Part shown: in pieces, positions 61,211 to 64,000 of the stretch | Layout of the letters: the number at the start of each line of letters is the position of its first letter | How positions within the stretch are numbered: position 1 is the first letter of the stretch | Source: an uncultured Chloroflexia bacterium | Lineage (GTDB): Bacteria > Chloroflexota > Limnocylindria > QHBO01 | Reading direction: 5' to 3' | DNA length: 64,000 nucleotides | Assembly (NCBI GenBank): GCA_963822845.1 | Contig: CAWGIY010000003.1 | Coordinates: 100,840 to 164,839 of the forward strand | The notes under the pieces: generated by a model | Database searches by the model: none | Seen by the model: the letters and a program-made list of their open reading frames with translations, nothing else | Told to the model about the DNA's origin: nothing | Position numbers and translations under genes: made by a program

Positions 61211-61451
61211 CGGCGCCTCTCGATCGGTCGAGGAGGATTCACTGGAGCTGGTTCTCGCGCGGCGTTCCCGCGGTGCATCGAGGGTGGGCACGCGTGACCG
61301 GCGCGCCAACGCGCGGCTTGTGCGGCGGGGATCTCGACGTGTCGCGGAAATCGAGCGCGGCCGGCAGCTCCGGTGACATTCCCTCGGCCCATCGAGAGGG
61401 CTCGGGCTTGCGGAGCGAAGGCCCACGCCGGACCCCGATTGCGGGTTTTGC

Positions 61452-61479
61452 TTGCGCCGAAACGGGCCGGGCGTACAAT
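61452..61479 (+). promoter_or_regulatory. Promoter TTGCGC-N16-TACAAT, 7 nt before the ATG at 61487 (leaderless-type)
   Basis: TTGCGC at 61452-61457 and TACAAT at 61474-61479. Confidence 0.5.
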
Positions 61480-61486
61480 GCCGCCC

Positions 61487-61756
61487 ATGCGAGTGAGTCT
61501 GGTGGCCCGCTTCGTCTCCCACCCTTCCATCGACTTCGGTTCGAGCCGCCGTTCGGCGCATCGGTCCCTGCTTGGCCTTGCCCGACCGCGGACGGTCTAC
61601 CACCGCCCGCGCAGGCCCCAGCCGTCGACGGTGAGTGTCGCGGCGCTGCGCTCCCAGACCAGTCGCTTCCGCTTCCCCGCTGTCGGTCGCGCCGCCCGCC
61701 TGCCCGCCCGACGCCCCGCGCTCCCGTTCGGGTTGCCGCGCGCCCGACGCGCCTAG
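61487..61756 (+). CDS. Possible leaderless ORF encoding an 89-aa extremely Arg-rich protein
   Basis: The ATG lies at the expected transcription start. Third-position GC ~84%, but the overlapping frame is similar. No motif recognised. Could instead be a 5' UTR or an RNA. Confidence 0.3.
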   Translation: MRVSLVARFVSHPSIDFGSSRRSAHRSLLGLARPRTVYHRPRRPQPSTVSVAALRSQTSRFRFPAVGRAARLPARRPALPFGLPRARRA

Positions 61757-61766
61757 CCGCCGCGGG

Positions 61767-62234
61767 GTGCCGGTCACGCGCAGCGCTCGCGCCACGTCGG
61801 CAGGGGGTGTCGTCTACCGAGCGCTCGACGGTCGCATCCAGGTCGCACTCGCGCATCGGCGCAGCCCGCCGCTGTGGGCGCTGCCGAAAGGCACCCCAGA
61901 CGCCGGCGAGACCATCGAGGAGACGGCCGTCCGCGAGACGCGCGAGGAGACCGGGCTCGAGGTCGAGATCGAGCGTCGCCTGGGCTCGATCCGCTACTTC
62001 TTCGTCCGCGGCTCGACGCGGTTCAACAAGACCGTGCACTTCTTCCTCATGCACGCCATCGGTGGCAGCACGGACGACCACGACGCCGAGTTCGACGAGG
62101 TCCGCTGGGTCGACCTGCCCGAGGCGCTTGCCATCCTCACCCACGCCACGGAGCGTTCGGTGGTGGACGAGGCCGCGGCAGCGCTCGGTGCAGAGCCGGG
62201 GTCCGACGCGTTGACGGCCGGGGCGCACGCGTGA
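61767..62234 (+). CDS. NUDIX hydrolase
   Basis: Nudix box [30 protein letters not shown] start at 61767 is tentative. Confidence 0.8.
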   Translation: MPVTRSARATSAGGVVYRALDGRIQVALAHRRSPPLWALPKGTPDAGETIEETAVRETREETGLEVEIERRLGSIRYFFVRGSTRFNKTVHFFLMHAIGGSTDDHDAEFDEVRWVDLPEALAILTHATERSVVDEAAAALGAEPGSDALTAGAHA

Positions 62235-63346
62235 CGGAGGCACCGGTGGCGACGTCGCTGCGCCACACCCCCCTCCACGATCGCCACGTCGCGCTCGGGG
62301 CGCGGATGGTGCCGTTCGCCGGCTACGAGATGCCGGTCCAGTACGCCTCGATCATCGACGAGCATCGCACCGTCCGCTCCGCCCTTGGCCTCTTCGACCT
62401 GTCGCACATGGGCGAGATCGAGGTGCGCGGGAGTGGGGCGCTCGGCTTTCTCGGTCAGGCGGTCGTGAGCGATCCATCGGCGCTGGCCGAGGGCCAGGCG
62501 CAGTACTCGATGCTGTGCGACGCCGACGGCGGGATCATCGACGACCTCATCCTCTATCGGCTCGGTGCCGATCGGTTCATGGTCGTGTGCAACGCCTCGA
62601 ACCGCGCGGCGGTGATCGAGCATCTCGGCGCGTTGGAGCGGCGCGACGTCGCGCTCGACGACCGCAGCGACGAGATCGCGCTGGTCGCGCCGCAGGGCCC
62701 GGCGGCGGCGTCGGTCCTGTCGGGCCTGACCGACGTGGACCTCGACGCACTGGCGAACTACCACGCCGCCGAGGGCTCGGTCGCCGGCGTGGCCTGCGTC
62801 GTCGCCCGAACCGGCTACACCGGCGAGGACGGCTTCGAGCTCTTCTGCGACGCGGACCGCGCCCGCGAGCTGTGGGATGCGGTCGCCGCCGCCGGCGAAC
62901 CGGCCGGGCTGGAGCCGTGCGGGCTCGGCGCGCGGGACACGCTGCGGCTCGAGGCCGGCATGCCGCTGTATGGCAACGAGCTCGACCGCGACACCAACCC
63001 GTTCGAGGTCAACCTGGGCAGGGTCGTGAAGCTCGAGAAGGGTGACTTCGTCGGCCGCGCCGCCCTCGAGGCCGTGAAGGACCGAGGGCCGCGACGGAAG
63101 CTCATCGGCCTGCAGATGGTCGACAACGCCATCCCGCGCAGCGGGTACGAGGTCCTGGCCGACGGCCGGCCCGTCGGACGGGTGACGAGCGGGACGCTGT
63201 CGCCGACGCTCGGCACCAAGATTGCGATGGCCAAGGTGGCCGCCGAGGTCGCCGGCATCGGTAACGCGTTCGAGGTCGTCGTCCGTGACCGCCCCTACCG
63301 GGCCGAGCAGGTAAAGTTGCCCTTCTATCGCCGCCAGCGCGACTGA
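62231..63346 (+). CDS. gcvT: Glycine cleavage system aminomethyltransferase (T protein)
   Basis: 371 aa. TPL...H...GA.MV.FAGY.MPVQY..I..EH...R...[37 protein letters not shown] overlap with the NUDIX gene. Confidence 0.92.
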   Translation: MTEAPVATSLRHTPLHDRHVALGARMVPFAGYEMPVQYASIIDEHRTVRSALGLFDLSHMGEIEVRGSGALGFLGQAVVSDPSALAEGQAQYSMLCDADGGIIDDLILYRLGADRFMVVCNASNRAAVIEHLGALERRDVALDDRSDEIALVAPQGPAAASVLSGLTDVDLDALANYHAAEGSVAGVACVVARTGYTGEDGFELFCDADRARELWDAVAAAGEPAGLEPCGLGARDTLRLEAGMPLYGNELDRDTNPFEVNLGRVVKLEKGDFVGRAALEAVKDRGPRRKLIGLQMVDNAIPRSGYEVLADGRPVGRVTSGTLSPTLGTKIAMAKVAAEVAGIGNAFEVVVRDRPYRAEQVKLPFYRRQRD

Positions 63347-63381
63347 CGCGGCGAACGTCCCCAAGGAGGTTGCACGCGCGG

Positions 63382-63759
63382 ATGGCCTACCCCGACGACC
63401 TGTCCTACTCGAAGGAGCACGAGTGGGTCCGCCAGGAGGGGTCGCGCGCGACCATCGGCATCACGAGCTTTGCGGCCGATGAGCTGGGCGACATCGTCTT
63501 CGTCGAGCTGCCCGAGGTGGGCGCCGCGCTCAGCCAATTCGCGACGTTCGGCGTCGTCGAGAGCGTGAAGGCGGTCAGCGACCTGTACGCGCCGATCTCC
63601 GGCGAGGTCGTCGAGATCAACGAGGCCCTGCGCGAGAACCCCGAGCTGATGAACGCGGACCCGTTCGGCGATGGCTGGATCGCGAAGGTCGAGCTCGCTG
63701 ATCGGTCGGAGCTCGACGCCTTGCTCGACGCGGACGGCTACGCTGCCGAGACCGCCTGA
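63382..63759 (+). CDS. gcvH: Glycine cleavage system H protein
   Basis: 125 aa. Y..EHEW......ATIGIT..A...[13 protein letters not shown]........G.VESVKA.SD.Y.P.SGEV.E.N (lipoyl-Lys in ESVKA). Confidence 0.92.
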   Translation: MAYPDDLSYSKEHEWVRQEGSRATIGITSFAADELGDIVFVELPEVGAALSQFATFGVVESVKAVSDLYAPISGEVVEINEALRENPELMNADPFGDGWIAKVELADRSELDALLDADGYAAETA

Positions 63760-63775
63760 CGGCGGACCTGAGCCG

Positions 63776-64000
63776 ATGACCTATTCGCCACACACCGATG
63801 CCGACCGGGCGCGGATGCTCAGCGCGGTCGGGGTCGGATCGGTCGAGGACCTCTTCGCCGATATCCCCGTCTCGGTGCGTGCGAGCGCCTGGGACGTGCC
63901 ACCGCCGCTGGCCGAGCAGGAGGTGCGTGCCGAGCTGGCGCGCCTGGGCGGGCGCAACCGGATCCCCGACGTCAGCTTCCTCGGCGCGGGCGTGTACCGG
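63776..64000 (+). CDS. gcvPA: Glycine dehydrogenase (decarboxylating) subunit 1, 5' fragment (runs off the window)
   Basis: MTYSPHTDADRARMLSAVGV.S.EDLFADIP........L..PL.E.EV...L..L...N......FLGAGVY. Canonical position after gcvH. Confidence 0.8.
   Translation, partial: MTYSPHTDADRARMLSAVGVGSVEDLFADIPVSVRASAWDVPPPLAEQEVRAELARLGGRNRIPDVSFLGAGVYR

Noticed and set aside
61211-62231. Glycine riboswitch upstream of gcvT
   Set aside because: I could not find the conserved GGAGAG...ACCGAAGGGGCAA cores. A NUDIX gene overlaps the gcvT start, so there is no leader directly before gcvT.

Overview
High-GC (roughly 70%) bacterial chromosomal window; all calls come from reading the sequence and recalling family motifs, with no searches run. 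(1) nt 1-15.8k, minus strand: one giant secreted surface-protein gene, over 5,000 codons once the frames are stitched, with its 3' end off the left edge. It has a CSLREA/choice-of-anchor-Q-like head, a DNRLRE domain, three NosD-like beta-helix modules and at least 25 copies of a ~100-aa FEC-motif Ig-like domain. The sensible reading frame changes at least 30 times, so it is either a decayed pseudogene or a locally very poor consensus. (2) 16-24.4k: an OmpR-type response regulator and histidine kinase, tRNA-Asn, a few small enzymes (PPOX-like, VOC, MOSC), hypothetical genes, and parB-parA. (3) 24.4-24.6k: gene orientation switches from mostly minus to mostly plus at a short spacer carrying DnaA boxes next to tRNA-Met, a candidate oriC or DnaA-controlled region. 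(4) 24.7-40.3k: core carbon metabolism, namely propionyl-CoA carboxylase parts, a split methylmalonyl-CoA mutase and epimerase, sucCD, an isocitrate-dehydrogenase-family gene, sdhCDAB and RNase HI; RNase P RNA follows at 40.3-40.6k. (5) 42.3-59.7k: a division/cell-wall (dcw) cluster running mraZ-rsmH-orf70-ftsL-ftsI-murF-mraY-murD-ftsW-murG-murB-ddl-ftsQ-sbp-ftsA-ftsZ-yggS-yggT, with no murE or murC. (6) 59.9-64k: tRNA-Val, a frameshifted GT4 glycosyltransferase, a NUDIX hydrolase and gcvT-gcvH-gcvP(5' part). No CRISPR array, rRNA, transposase/integrase or recognisable defence system was seen. The most unusual non-coding signals are a recurrent -10 signature TAnAnT followed by CGG (several apparently leaderless genes), two DnaA-box clusters, an identical 19-nt palindrome with an almost pure A/T core present twice, and a tandem ~93-bp repeat carrying GTGGGG boxes upstream of the MraZ operator.
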